The notes beneath the pieces were generated by a model that was not told where the DNA came from, searched no databases, and worked only from the letters and a program-made list of their open reading frames with translations. Source: Microvirga sp. (GTDB taxonomy: Bacteria > Pseudomonadota > Alphaproteobacteria > Rhizobiales > Beijerinckiaceae). Taken from it: a stretch of DNA of 64,000 nt. Both the position numbers and the translations under genes were made by a program. The stretch lies in NCBI GenBank assembly GCA_050789065.1, contig JBOZRS010000045.1:73875-137874 (forward strand). The letters run 5' to 3'. Below, piece by piece: positions 57,101-64,000 of this stretch. Each line of letters opens with the position of its first letter. Within the stretch, counting starts at the first letter, position 1.

Positions 57101-57819
57101 CGGACGGTGGAGACCAGCCAGTCGTTGATGCCGTAGTCATAATAGAGTTCAGACCACCGTTCCTTCTCGACCGCGACAGGGGCGCCGGCTCCTGCGACAA
57201 CGACCGTATCCCTGTTGTCCGAAAGCAGATTCAACTTCCCGGCAATCTCCCAATCGTTTGCCCGCAATCCCCATGGCTGCCCAGGCCAGAACATGACGAC
57301 TGCCCCTTCCGGCGTCACCACATAGAGATTGGAAAACTGGCTGGCCCAAGCGGGTCCGAATTGCCTGATCAGGTCGAAGGCCACGACAAGACGGCGCTTC
57401 AGATCCCGCTCCGGTACGACGTGTTTCCCGATGAAGCCGGTGACGCCGTAGGTCCTGAAGACCGCTTCGGTGAGCCTCGTCGTGCCATCTGGACGGGCCT
57501 CGAAAAGGGTCGAGAAGCGCTGTTCCGCCTCACGCGGGTCTGCGTTTCGGATCTCCCTGAGATAAGCGTCGGAGAACGTTCTGAGATTTCCACTCGCCAG
57601 ATCGAAGATCGCGCTCTCACGGATCCGCCGCTGCTCGACGTAACGTTCCAGAATCTGGAATGCCTGTCTCTCGAAGCCGCTTCGCACATGCCAGTAGCTG
57701 AGGATCGTCGCGGCAGCGACGACGAGACTTATCCTTATGGCAATCCTGCGAAGCGTCAGCCGGGTAATCGACCGACCCGTCCTGGCCCGCAAGGCTGGCC
57801 TGGAGGAAGGGGACGTCAT
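54157..57819 (-). CDS. Sensor histidine kinase: periplasmic sensor domain, HAMP, four PAS domains, HisKA, HATPase
   Basis: 1220 aa with two TM segments around a sensor region of about 330 aa. H-box SHEVRTPLNAV, N/G boxes, no C-terminal receiver. PAS1 and PAS3 are near-duplicates. Confidence 0.9.
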   Translation of the reverse strand: MTSPSSRPALRARTGRSITRLTLRRIAIRISLVVAAATILSYWHVRSGFERQAFQILERYVEQRRIRESAIFDLASGNLRTFSDAYLREIRNADPREAEQRFSTLFEARPDGTTRLTEAVFRTYGVTGFIGKHVVPERDLKRRLVVAFDLIRQFGPAWASQFSNLYVVTPEGAVVMFWPGQPWGLRANDWEIAGKLNLLSDNRDTVVVAGAGAPVAVEKERWSELYYDYGINDWLVSTVRPATVNGSLQIRVGQDILMHDLLGRALGEDLKGTYNLLFSDKGELIAHPRFMDAIQARSGSLPIVETGDPHIAQIHQLALEQKSDQIVIRNNPYDEILALTKLSGPGWVLATVFPLSLTATSAWEAARIVLIMGALALLIELFILSSALKTQIAMPLRQLVQATGSVAEGQFGTQLDLHRDDELGELAAAFTAMARQVDARETALKERSASLVELNRQLAHELSERERAERELSHHRELNALLDTIDYGILFLDSEFKIRLANQAYKDMWALPDVMVVPGTPVRDIISHIRNASGPESACHDAMVENDIERVKQCDEDPMEVTSPRGRILRYHCVPLSDGGRMLTFLDVTEQKRALEAIAAAEQRQRRLLELAPFPLAVTRLSDGMVLYANARTAEVTGLPPEKMQGTLAPNYYARSEDRRRIVETLAQEGRISDVEVLMQRPDGHQFWALINAAVADYEGVPALLSAFNDISELKRREQQLKIAKKETEAALRDLNAVLETIQYGVLFLDPSLRIRLANRAYRELWNMPAEFYTRLRDLDEDMEQSRANGVYDVPEDGWVAYREQRLAEIRQGDAARELRLRNGRIIQYRCIALPDGGRMLTYFDITELKRIEEVLRRHLAAMEAAMDGMAILTPEATYEYLNAAHLKIFGYDDLIELKGKSWRQFYTDEEQERLATTGLPKLFREGRWSGEAIGLKRDGSTFPHDVSLTMIQDGGLICVVRDITERHARDEALREAKRHAEEASRAKSQFLANMSHEVRTPLNAVLGYTELLMDGLYGSLPDKAHGILERIQANGRHLLALINDVLDLSKIEAGELAIRQEPYSVSGLIHMAIAAMEPLARIKGLDLRSTAPEGLPLAYGDERRLMQVLLNLIGNAIKFTEKGWIEIVAHADTGSLRITLTDTGIGISPEDQEKIFDVFQQGSNANIPGQGGTGLGLAISKRIVEMHGGSISVQSKVGSGSTFTINLPLKWRGAGREMA

Positions 57820-58907
57820 GGCACTGGCCTTGCCAGGGAGGGAGCCTCCGTGATCCCGAGCTGCCTGGCAATCCGAGCGTTGAAGAAGAGCTCTCCATCT
57901 CGGTTGTAGGTGAGTGGAATCGTGCTTGGATCAACCCCGTCGAGAATGCGCAGGGCCGCCTGGGCGGTCCAGCGCCCCTGTTCCTCGGGGCGTTTCGCGA
58001 CCGCGATCAGGCTGAATGGCGTCAACCATTCGAAGTCGGTTCCGCTTGGGATTTCACTGCGCTCTTCCGCGAGGCGCCGCGCCTCGGTCGGGTTCCAGTC
58101 AGCGATCGCTCCGACTCCGAGGATAAGGAGCATGTCGACTTCCTTCTGGGCCTGCAGAAACGCCTCTTTCCAAGCCTTCTGCGTGCTCACGAAATAAGTC
58201 TTTTCATAGGTGATGCCGAAGAGGCGCTCGTGAAAGGCAAGTTCCTTTCGTTTGACATCCGTGTCTTCCGCGAGGAAACCGAGGCGTTGGCCGCGTGCAT
58301 ATCGGCGAAGAAGACGAAGAATCTGCGGGATCGGCGAAACTTCGATCATGCCTGTCGTGTTGCGATAGGGCAGGCCATAGACCGATGCGTCCCAGTTCAG
58401 ACCGCAGAACACAACCGGCGTCATTGCGTCTCGGAAATAGGGCATCAACAGGTATTGTGCGGCTGGATCATCGCTCACCGTCACCACATCCGGTCTGAAA
58501 TCGTCGATTTCATGAAGGGCGTTGAGCGCTGACGAACGAACTTCGTCTTCGGACGGATGCCTCTTCGCATCCAGGTGAATGACGCGCAGTTCGACGTTCT
58601 TGCCCGTAAGGGTATCGCGGAGAGCCGCAACGATGCGGTCATTCCACTCATTGCCCTGATGGTAGGAGTCGACGTGGAGGATCCTCCGCGTGCCGTCGGT
58701 CGCATTGGCGGCCACAGCGAGAGCCATGATGGCGAGGGCAACGGAAAGGAGCCGATCTACGATTGTCGCAAAATCGAAGAATGGCCGCGAGCGCACTTCG
58801 CCAGTCAGCTTTCGGGATGCGTGCGGGTTCCCACTCCGGCCACGTAGTAGCGGCAGGACAACCGAAGACAGAACATATACGAAACGTTCCAACATGGCAT
58901 TGACCAC
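57816..58907 (-). CDS. Periplasmic ABC-type substrate-binding-like protein (ABC_sub_bind-like), first gene of the sensor operon
   Basis: Signal/anchor LLSVALAIMALAVAANA, then RILHVDSYHQGNEWNDRI, typical of this family. Stop overlaps the kinase ATG. GTG start is uncertain. Confidence 0.65.
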   Translation of the reverse strand: MVNAMLERFVYVLSSVVLPLLRGRSGNPHASRKLTGEVRSRPFFDFATIVDRLLSVALAIMALAVAANATDGTRRILHVDSYHQGNEWNDRIVAALRDTLTGKNVELRVIHLDAKRHPSEDEVRSSALNALHEIDDFRPDVVTVSDDPAAQYLLMPYFRDAMTPVVFCGLNWDASVYGLPYRNTTGMIEVSPIPQILRLLRRYARGQRLGFLAEDTDVKRKELAFHERLFGITYEKTYFVSTQKAWKEAFLQAQKEVDMLLILGVGAIADWNPTEARRLAEERSEIPSGTDFEWLTPFSLIAVAKRPEEQGRWTAQAALRILDGVDPSTIPLTYNRDGELFFNARIARQLGITEAPSLARPVP

Positions 58908-59193
58908 TCACACGAACGTTCGGCTGTCTCTTGCGGGGATCTCGATTTATCTGATCGGCTTACAGGCTCTCCGCTCCAGGCGGGTGATTGTATGTGTTCG
59001 CGCTTCATCCCTCAACCCTGCGGCATCCTGCAAACTTCATGCAAAGCCCAAGGTCGGGCGCAGCGACCGGAAGATCCCCATCCCGGAAGTGCTGAAAATA
59101 GATCATCGTACCAAATTATCATATATACATGCCCGAAAAGGAAAGGGAGGGTGCTATCAGAGGCGAGGGGAGGGCCGAAGCGAAATAGGAAAG

Positions 59194-59212
59194 CCATCCG
59201 GTTTCCGGCTGG
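59194..59212 (-). terminator. Terminator-like hairpin after the PfkB-family kinase gene
   Basis: On the minus strand: CCAgCCGG-AAA-CCGGaTGG followed by CTTTCCTATTTCG, 11 nt after the stop codon. The stem has one mismatch. Confidence 0.4.
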
Positions 59213-59222
59213 TGGGTGTTCC

Positions 59223-60170
59223 CTAAATGTTGGGGGCAGCGGTGAGGAGGATCCGGCTTCGCGCCAGAACCTCCGACAAGCTGGGAGAGCCTAGCCGCCC
59301 TCCGAAATGCTCGCATTTCATCGCAGCTGCAACATTGGCCATGAGGGCTGATCGCGTCAGATCCCAGCCGCTGGCGATTCCGTAGACATAAGCCCCATGC
59401 CAGACATCACCGGCATTCAAGGTATCGACAGCGCGGACGGGCAATGTCGGAAATTCATAAATGGTGCCCTCCGACGCCTGACGCTGCCATATCAGAGCCC
59501 CGGCAGCGCCAAGGGTGACACCGACGACGTCCGCCTCAATGTTCCTTGCTATCTCCAGCAATGCCTCGCGGGGCGTTCCACTCGTCGCGAGGGAGAGCAG
59601 CGCAGGTTCCGAAAAGAGAACATGATCCGCGAGGGCGATCATCTCGCGGAGCGCAGCGGGTGGAGCAATGTCCGCGTCCAAAATGGTCGGCACACCATGA
59701 CGGCGTGCCTCCATCAGGACGGCCTTTGCGCCTTCGATCCATCGCATGTCGACCAGAACTGCGCTGGCTTCCGCGACTTCTCGAAGAGGCAGCCAGCTCG
59801 GATCCGCGTCGAGGGAGGGATCGGTGTAGGGCACAACGAGCCTCTCGCCGTCGCGATCAACGAGAATCGTAGAGAATGCCGTGCGAGCGCCTTGAATCCG
59901 GCGAATATGGGCGATTCCGACAGCCTCGCGCGACAGATCGAGCAGGAAGCTGTTCCCGGTGGGATCATCCCCAATCCGGGCCCAGAGTTCGACCCGACCA
60001 CCGAGCCGTGCGATCGTAATGGCAGCGGCCGTTGCCATACCTGATGCCGCCTGAACTGCCATCTCCGGCAGCACCTTGGTGCCACGTCCAGGGATTTCAT
60101 CCACCTTGAAGATGGTATCCCAGAAAGCGCATCCGAGGCAGATCACGGGCTTGTCGTTCATCAAGGCCAT
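59223..60170 (-). CDS. PfkB-family carbohydrate kinase
   Basis: Ribokinase-like fold with C-terminal motif DTLNAGDVWHGAY. Start ambiguous (60185 TTG, 60170 or 60161 ATG). Confidence 0.85.
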   Translation of the reverse strand: MALMNDKPVICLGCAFWDTIFKVDEIPGRGTKVLPEMAVQAASGMATAAAITIARLGGRVELWARIGDDPTGNSFLLDLSREAVGIAHIRRIQGARTAFSTILVDRDGERLVVPYTDPSLDADPSWLPLREVAEASAVLVDMRWIEGAKAVLMEARRHGVPTILDADIAPPAALREMIALADHVLFSEPALLSLATSGTPREALLEIARNIEADVVGVTLGAAGALIWQRQASEGTIYEFPTLPVRAVDTLNAGDVWHGAYVYGIASGWDLTRSALMANVAAAMKCEHFGGRLGSPSLSEVLARSRILLTAAPNI

Positions 60171-60204
60171 CCGGGTGTGTTTCAAGCCGCTGTCGTGCCG
60201 ATGA

Positions 60205-60879
60205 TCATTCGAGCCTGAGAGCCCTGGAGCGAGCGTTCATGATGTGCGACACGGCGGCGTCCACGGCGGCAGTCACGTCGCGCCGCTTCATGGCCGAGAT
60301 GATGGCAAGATGCTCGCGCATCACCGGGATCACCAGATCCTCGTCAAGGCTTGTTTCGTTCTGGCGAATAAGGCGAACCTTGATCCAGTTCACCCGATAA
60401 GCCTTTGAGATGATGTCGTTGTTGAGTTCGTCCACGATCGTCTCGTGAAACCTCCGATCAATGTGCTGCGCTTCGGCGACAAGCCCGTCCGTCACGCCAC
60501 CCTGGGCCGACGCGACAATCGACTGATGCGCGGCTTCGATCTGATCGATCATGACGTCACTGGCCGCATGGGTGAAGGACGCGACCGCCTCGCGCTCAAG
60601 GATAATCCGGAACTGAAAGGCGTTGCGGATCAAGCCGATATCGAGCGGCAGGATCTGCAACCCGCGTTGCGGAACCGTGACGATGAGCCCTTCGGCCTCG
60701 AGTCGTGGGATCAGTTCCCGGATGGCCCCGAGCGGCTGACCCGTGAGGGCCATGAGCTCGCGCTGGGTGACGAACTGGCCAGGCTTGATTTCGCTCCGCA
60801 GCAGTTGCTCCGTGAAGGCGTCATAGGCTCGCTCGCGGAGTTTGAGTTCGGAACGGTGCGCCTGTCGGCCTGGGTTCAT
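60205..60879 (-). CDS. GntR-family transcriptional regulator (FadR/FCD-type C-terminal domain)
   Basis: wHTH region GQFVTQRELMALTGQPLGAIRELIPRLEAEGLI. ATG overlaps the stop of the upstream gene (ATGA). Confidence 0.88.
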   Translation of the reverse strand: MNPGRQAHRSELKLRERAYDAFTEQLLRSEIKPGQFVTQRELMALTGQPLGAIRELIPRLEAEGLIVTVPQRGLQILPLDIGLIRNAFQFRIILEREAVASFTHAASDVMIDQIEAAHQSIVASAQGGVTDGLVAEAQHIDRRFHETIVDELNNDIISKAYRVNWIKVRLIRQNETSLDEDLVIPVMREHLAIISAMKRRDVTAAVDAAVSHIMNARSRALRLE

Positions 60880-61781
60880 ATGGTTGACCTGAACTTCAGC
60901 CCAAACGGCAACTTCAGCCCAAACGGCTCGAGCAATGCAACGGCGCGGGCGATGCTCTGCTGATCCAATGTGGGAAGAGGCGGCCGCGCGGCTGCCCAGA
61001 CGGGATCCCGGAGGACATGCGCCACGAGTGCCTTCACCATCGGAACCACGGGGTGGTTGGTGATCTCCTGAACGAGTTCGACGACGCGAGGGTCGTCGCG
61101 TCCGTTCTCGGCCAAGGCGATGACGGCCTCCGGCAGGATATTCGCCATGCCGCAGATCGAGCCTGCGGCCCCAGCCGCACAGGCACGGCCGAGATACGTT
61201 TCGTCGCCGACCAGGATATCAAGATCGGGGAAGGCCTTGATCAGCGCGAAGGTCGCCTCGGCATTGCAGGCGCTGTCCTTCACCCCTCTGATGACACCGG
61301 GATAGCGCTCGACGAGACGGCCGATGACCGTGTGGGACAGGGGAACGCCGGTCATGCCAGGGATGTGATAGAGGATTACGTCCCTGAGATTGCTGCCGAC
61401 CGCGTCGAACACCGCGGAATACCAGTCGAATACAGCATCGTCGGGAGCCGGTCGGAAATAGAAGGGCGGCGCCAGAAGGACCGCATGAGCGCCACGTCCC
61501 AACGCTTGTCTCGTGCTGTAGGCTGCCTCCTCCAGCGAGCAGGCAATGACGCCCTCCACCAGTTGGCCAGGTGAAATGCCAAGACCGATGAGTTCCTCGG
61601 CAGCGCGCTCGCGCTCGGTGACGCCGACGGAGGGGCCTTCGCCCGTCGTTCCAAAAATCGTGGCCGTGCGACACCCTCGAGCAAGGCAATCCTTCGTGTG
61701 GCCAGCCAGACGTTGAACGTCCACTTTGCCCTCCGAGAAGGGTGTCACGAGCGCGGGACTGATGCCGAAGCTGAGCGCCAA
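60876..61781 (-). CDS. Dihydrodipicolinate synthase/N-acetylneuraminate lyase-family aldolase
   Basis: GTTGEGPS motif and a Schiff-base Lys context (GVKDS). Located with GntR, a sugar kinase and a sugar ABC importer rather than lysine-pathway genes. Confidence 0.85.
   Translation of the reverse strand: MALSFGISPALVTPFSEGKVDVQRLAGHTKDCLARGCRTATIFGTTGEGPSVGVTERERAAEELIGLGISPGQLVEGVIACSLEEAAYSTRQALGRGAHAVLLAPPFYFRPAPDDAVFDWYSAVFDAVGSNLRDVILYHIPGMTGVPLSHTVIGRLVERYPGVIRGVKDSACNAEATFALIKAFPDLDILVGDETYLGRACAAGAAGSICGMANILPEAVIALAENGRDDPRVVELVQEITNHPVVPMVKALVAHVLRDPVWAAARPPLPTLDQQSIARAVALLEPFGLKLPFGLKFRSTI
60892..60927. repeat. Perfect 2 x 18-bp tandem duplication (AACTTCAGCCCAAACGGC) at the 3' end of the aldolase gene
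   Basis: Units at 60892-60909 and 60910-60927. Encodes the duplicated C-terminal PFGLKL/PFGLKF. Confidence 0.85.
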
Positions 61782-61920
61782 GGGAGCCTCCAGTAACAGG
61801 CTGGACCGAGCCAGATAAACTGGCGTGTTGACACTAACATGTTACATGGTGCTTAATCTCTTGCAAGCAAAGAAAAGAGCCCGAAGAGGCCATCACGTTG
61901 GAGCAGGGAGGAAGCTGACA

Positions 61921-63255
61921 ATGGCCGAAACACTAGGCTCACTCACACGTCGCACGTTTCTTGCAAGCACCGCAGCCGCAGTCGCATACGGCGTTGGAGG
62001 TACTGCGCCTGCCTTTGCGCAGGTGAACTGGAAAAAGTACGCCGGCGCCAAGATTGGCGTGAATCTCGTCAAGAGTCCGCGCGGAGACGTCCTGCAGCAA
62101 TACGAGAAGGAGTTCACCGATCTCACGGGAATTCAGGTCTCATCCGAGCAGACGCCGGAACAGCAGCAGCGGCAGAAAGCAGTGATCGAGCTGAATTCCG
62201 GAAGCCCGAGCTTCGACGTCATTCACATCAGCTATCACGTTCAGAAGCGTCAGTTCGAAAAGGCCAATTGGCTGGCGGATCTCAGCGCGTTCATGAAGAA
62301 TCCGGAGCTGACCGATCCCAGTCTCACCGAAAGCGACTTCTCTCAGGCCGGCTTGCTTTATGCCAAGAACCCGCAGGGTCAGATGCTGTCGCTTCCGTTC
62401 TCCGTCGATTATTGGATGGTGTACTGGAACAAGGATCTCTTCGCGAAGAAGGGGCTTTCCTATCCGCAGACGTTCGACGAGATGGTGAAGACGGCAGAAG
62501 CCCTGACCGATCCGAAGGCAGGGATTTACGGCTTTGTCGCCCGTGGGCTGAAAAATGCCAACGTTCCCGTCTGGACGAGTTTCCTGCTCGGCTACGGCGT
62601 CGATCCGGTCGATGCCAACGGAAATCTGATGACCGACTCGCCGGAGGCCATCGAGGCTGCACGGCTCTATCAGCGCCTTCTCACCAAATCCGCCCCGCAA
62701 GGCGTTGCCGGATTCAACTGGTCAGAGTGCCAGTCGGCCTTTCTGCAGGGAAAGGTCGGCATGTGGCTGGATGGTGTCGGTTTCGCGCCTCCGCTGGAGG
62801 ATCCGGAAAAATCGCGCGTCGTCGGGAAGGTCGGCTACGGCGTCATGCCTCGCGGTCCGAAGGCACAGGCCTCGGCAACCTTCGGCGATGGCATCGGCGT
62901 AACCGCTGCCAGCAAGAACAAGGAGGCTGCCTATCTCTATTGCCAGTGGGCGATCTCCAAGCTGATGGGGGCGCGGCTGCTGCAGGCCGGAGGCGGCGTT
63001 CCGTTCCGCCCGTCCATCCTGAACGACCCAGAGGTCCGCAAGGGCGTAAAGATGCCGCCGGAATGGATCGACGCCGTGGTCGAATCGGGCAAGATCAGCA
63101 AGCTGGGTCTTCCGGTCGTTCAGCCGGTGACCGAGTTCCGCGATATCATCGGTATCGGGTTGACCAATCTGCTGGGAGGCGAGGATCCGGCCGCCGAGAT
63201 GAAGAAAGCGACAGAGCAATTCAAGCCGATCCTCGAGCGCAGCGAGAAGGCTTGA
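61921..63255 (+). CDS. Carbohydrate ABC transporter substrate-binding protein (family 1)
   Basis: ATG 61921 preceded by GGGAGGA. Tat-like signal TRRTFLASTAAAVAYG. Family-1 SBP length and pattern. Confidence 0.88.
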   Translation: MAETLGSLTRRTFLASTAAAVAYGVGGTAPAFAQVNWKKYAGAKIGVNLVKSPRGDVLQQYEKEFTDLTGIQVSSEQTPEQQQRQKAVIELNSGSPSFDVIHISYHVQKRQFEKANWLADLSAFMKNPELTDPSLTESDFSQAGLLYAKNPQGQMLSLPFSVDYWMVYWNKDLFAKKGLSYPQTFDEMVKTAEALTDPKAGIYGFVARGLKNANVPVWTSFLLGYGVDPVDANGNLMTDSPEAIEAARLYQRLLTKSAPQGVAGFNWSECQSAFLQGKVGMWLDGVGFAPPLEDPEKSRVVGKVGYGVMPRGPKAQASATFGDGIGVTAASKNKEAAYLYCQWAISKLMGARLLQAGGGVPFRPSILNDPEVRKGVKMPPEWIDAVVESGKISKLGLPVVQPVTEFRDIIGIGLTNLLGGEDPAAEMKKATEQFKPILERSEKA

Positions 63256-63297
63256 TGATCTCCTGCATCGGTCCGGCCAGCAAGGTGGAGCCCGTCG

Positions 63298-64000
63298 ATG
63301 GCCACCATTGTTGAACGGCACCCCGTGGATGCGATTGAGGCAGCGCCCGCCGAGGGCGCTCGCCCGCGCAGCTCATACTGGCCATTCGTCGTTCCCGCCG
63401 TCGCCGTGGTGGGCTCGGTCATCGTCTTTCCGTGGGTCTTCACGGTCTGGATGAGCTTGCATGAATGGACGGTCGGAGGAGCGCGTCGCTTCGCCGGACT
63501 GTCCAATTACGCGCGTCTCGTGTCCGATGAGCGTTTCCTGACCTCCGTCGGGCACACCCTTGTCTATACCTTCCTGGCTGTTGTCCTGCCTTTGATCTTC
63601 GGAACACTGGCCGCCTTGATTTTCAATTCCCGCCTGCCGTTCCGGGGGATCCTGCGCGGGATATTCGTCATGCCTATGATGGCCACGCCCGTCGCTGTCG
63701 CGCTGGTGTGGACGATGATGTTTCATCCCCAATTGGGTGTGCTGAACTATCTTCTGTCGCTGGTCGGTATCGGTCCTTCCGCCTGGGTCTTCAATCCCTC
63801 GACCGTGATCCCCTCGCTCGTGCTCGTCGAAACCTGGCAGTGGACGCCCCTCGTCATGCTGATCGTGCTTGGAGGCCTCGCGGCCATTCCATCCGAGCCT
63901 TATGAGAGCGCTGCCATCGACGGGGCCAATCCGATCCAGCGATTCCGCTACATCACCCTGCCCATGATCGCGCCGTTTCTCATGGTGGCCGTAATCATCC
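63298..64000 (+). CDS. Carbohydrate ABC transporter permease (MalF/UgpA-like), truncated by the window end
   Basis: Open from ATG 63298 to the window edge, and absent from the ORF track because it has no stop. Contains the EAA-type loop SEPYESAAIDGANPIQRFRYITLP. Confidence 0.85.
   Translation, partial: MATIVERHPVDAIEAAPAEGARPRSSYWPFVVPAVAVVGSVIVFPWVFTVWMSLHEWTVGGARRFAGLSNYARLVSDERFLTSVGHTLVYTFLAVVLPLIFGTLAALIFNSRLPFRGILRGIFVMPMMATPVAVALVWTMMFHPQLGVLNYLLSLVGIGPSAWVFNPSTVIPSLVLVETWQWTPLVMLIVLGGLAAIPSEPYESAAIDGANPIQRFRYITLPMIAPFLMVAVII

Overview
High-GC (about 60-65%) alphaproteobacterial chromosome segment, probably Rhizobiales/Hyphomicrobiales. Supporting this: recG-sdhE-mfd synteny, an IalB-family protein, a Bug/TctC binding protein, a short alpha-type ProS, and GAAC-N7-GAAC SOS boxes. 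Most of the window is ordinary core or metabolic content: proS, lolCE/lolD, dnaE, recG, sdhE, mfd, hspQ, a UbiH-family hydroxylase, a BMP-type nucleoside ABC importer, pncA, rimO, acyl-CoA metabolism, dehydrogenases, a four-gene two-component/cyclase operon and a GntR-controlled sugar-acid locus. I found no rRNA, tRNA, CRISPR array, transposase or integrase.

The one clearly accessory block is about 13 kb (28382-41590), between rimO and a CMD-family gene. Hand counts give 47-50% G+C in parts of it and 19% over a 100-bp promoter stretch. It contains:
- a small RTX (Ca-binding nonapeptide) protein
- a PrtD-type type I secretion ABC exporter and a HlyD-type adaptor
- two orphan proteins (678 aa and 87 aa) translationally embedded in that operon
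- five glycan-modifying enzymes: two GT4, one GT2 with a long unknown N-terminal region, one GT14/Branch-like, and one polysaccharide pyruvyl transferase

No glycan polymerase or flippase, polysaccharide exporter, priming transferase, nucleotide-sugar gene or TolC-like outer-membrane gene is visible in the window. This is my best candidate for an undescribed system: an RTX substrate whose modification, anchoring or function is coupled to a dedicated glycosylation toolkit.

Second most interesting: two tandem alphaproteobacterial LexA boxes overlie a promoter for an unannotated 33-aa hydrophobic peptide just upstream of dnaE. This may be a SidA/TisB-like SOS effector.

All family calls come from motif recognition by eye. 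No database search was possible, and many start codons are inferred.
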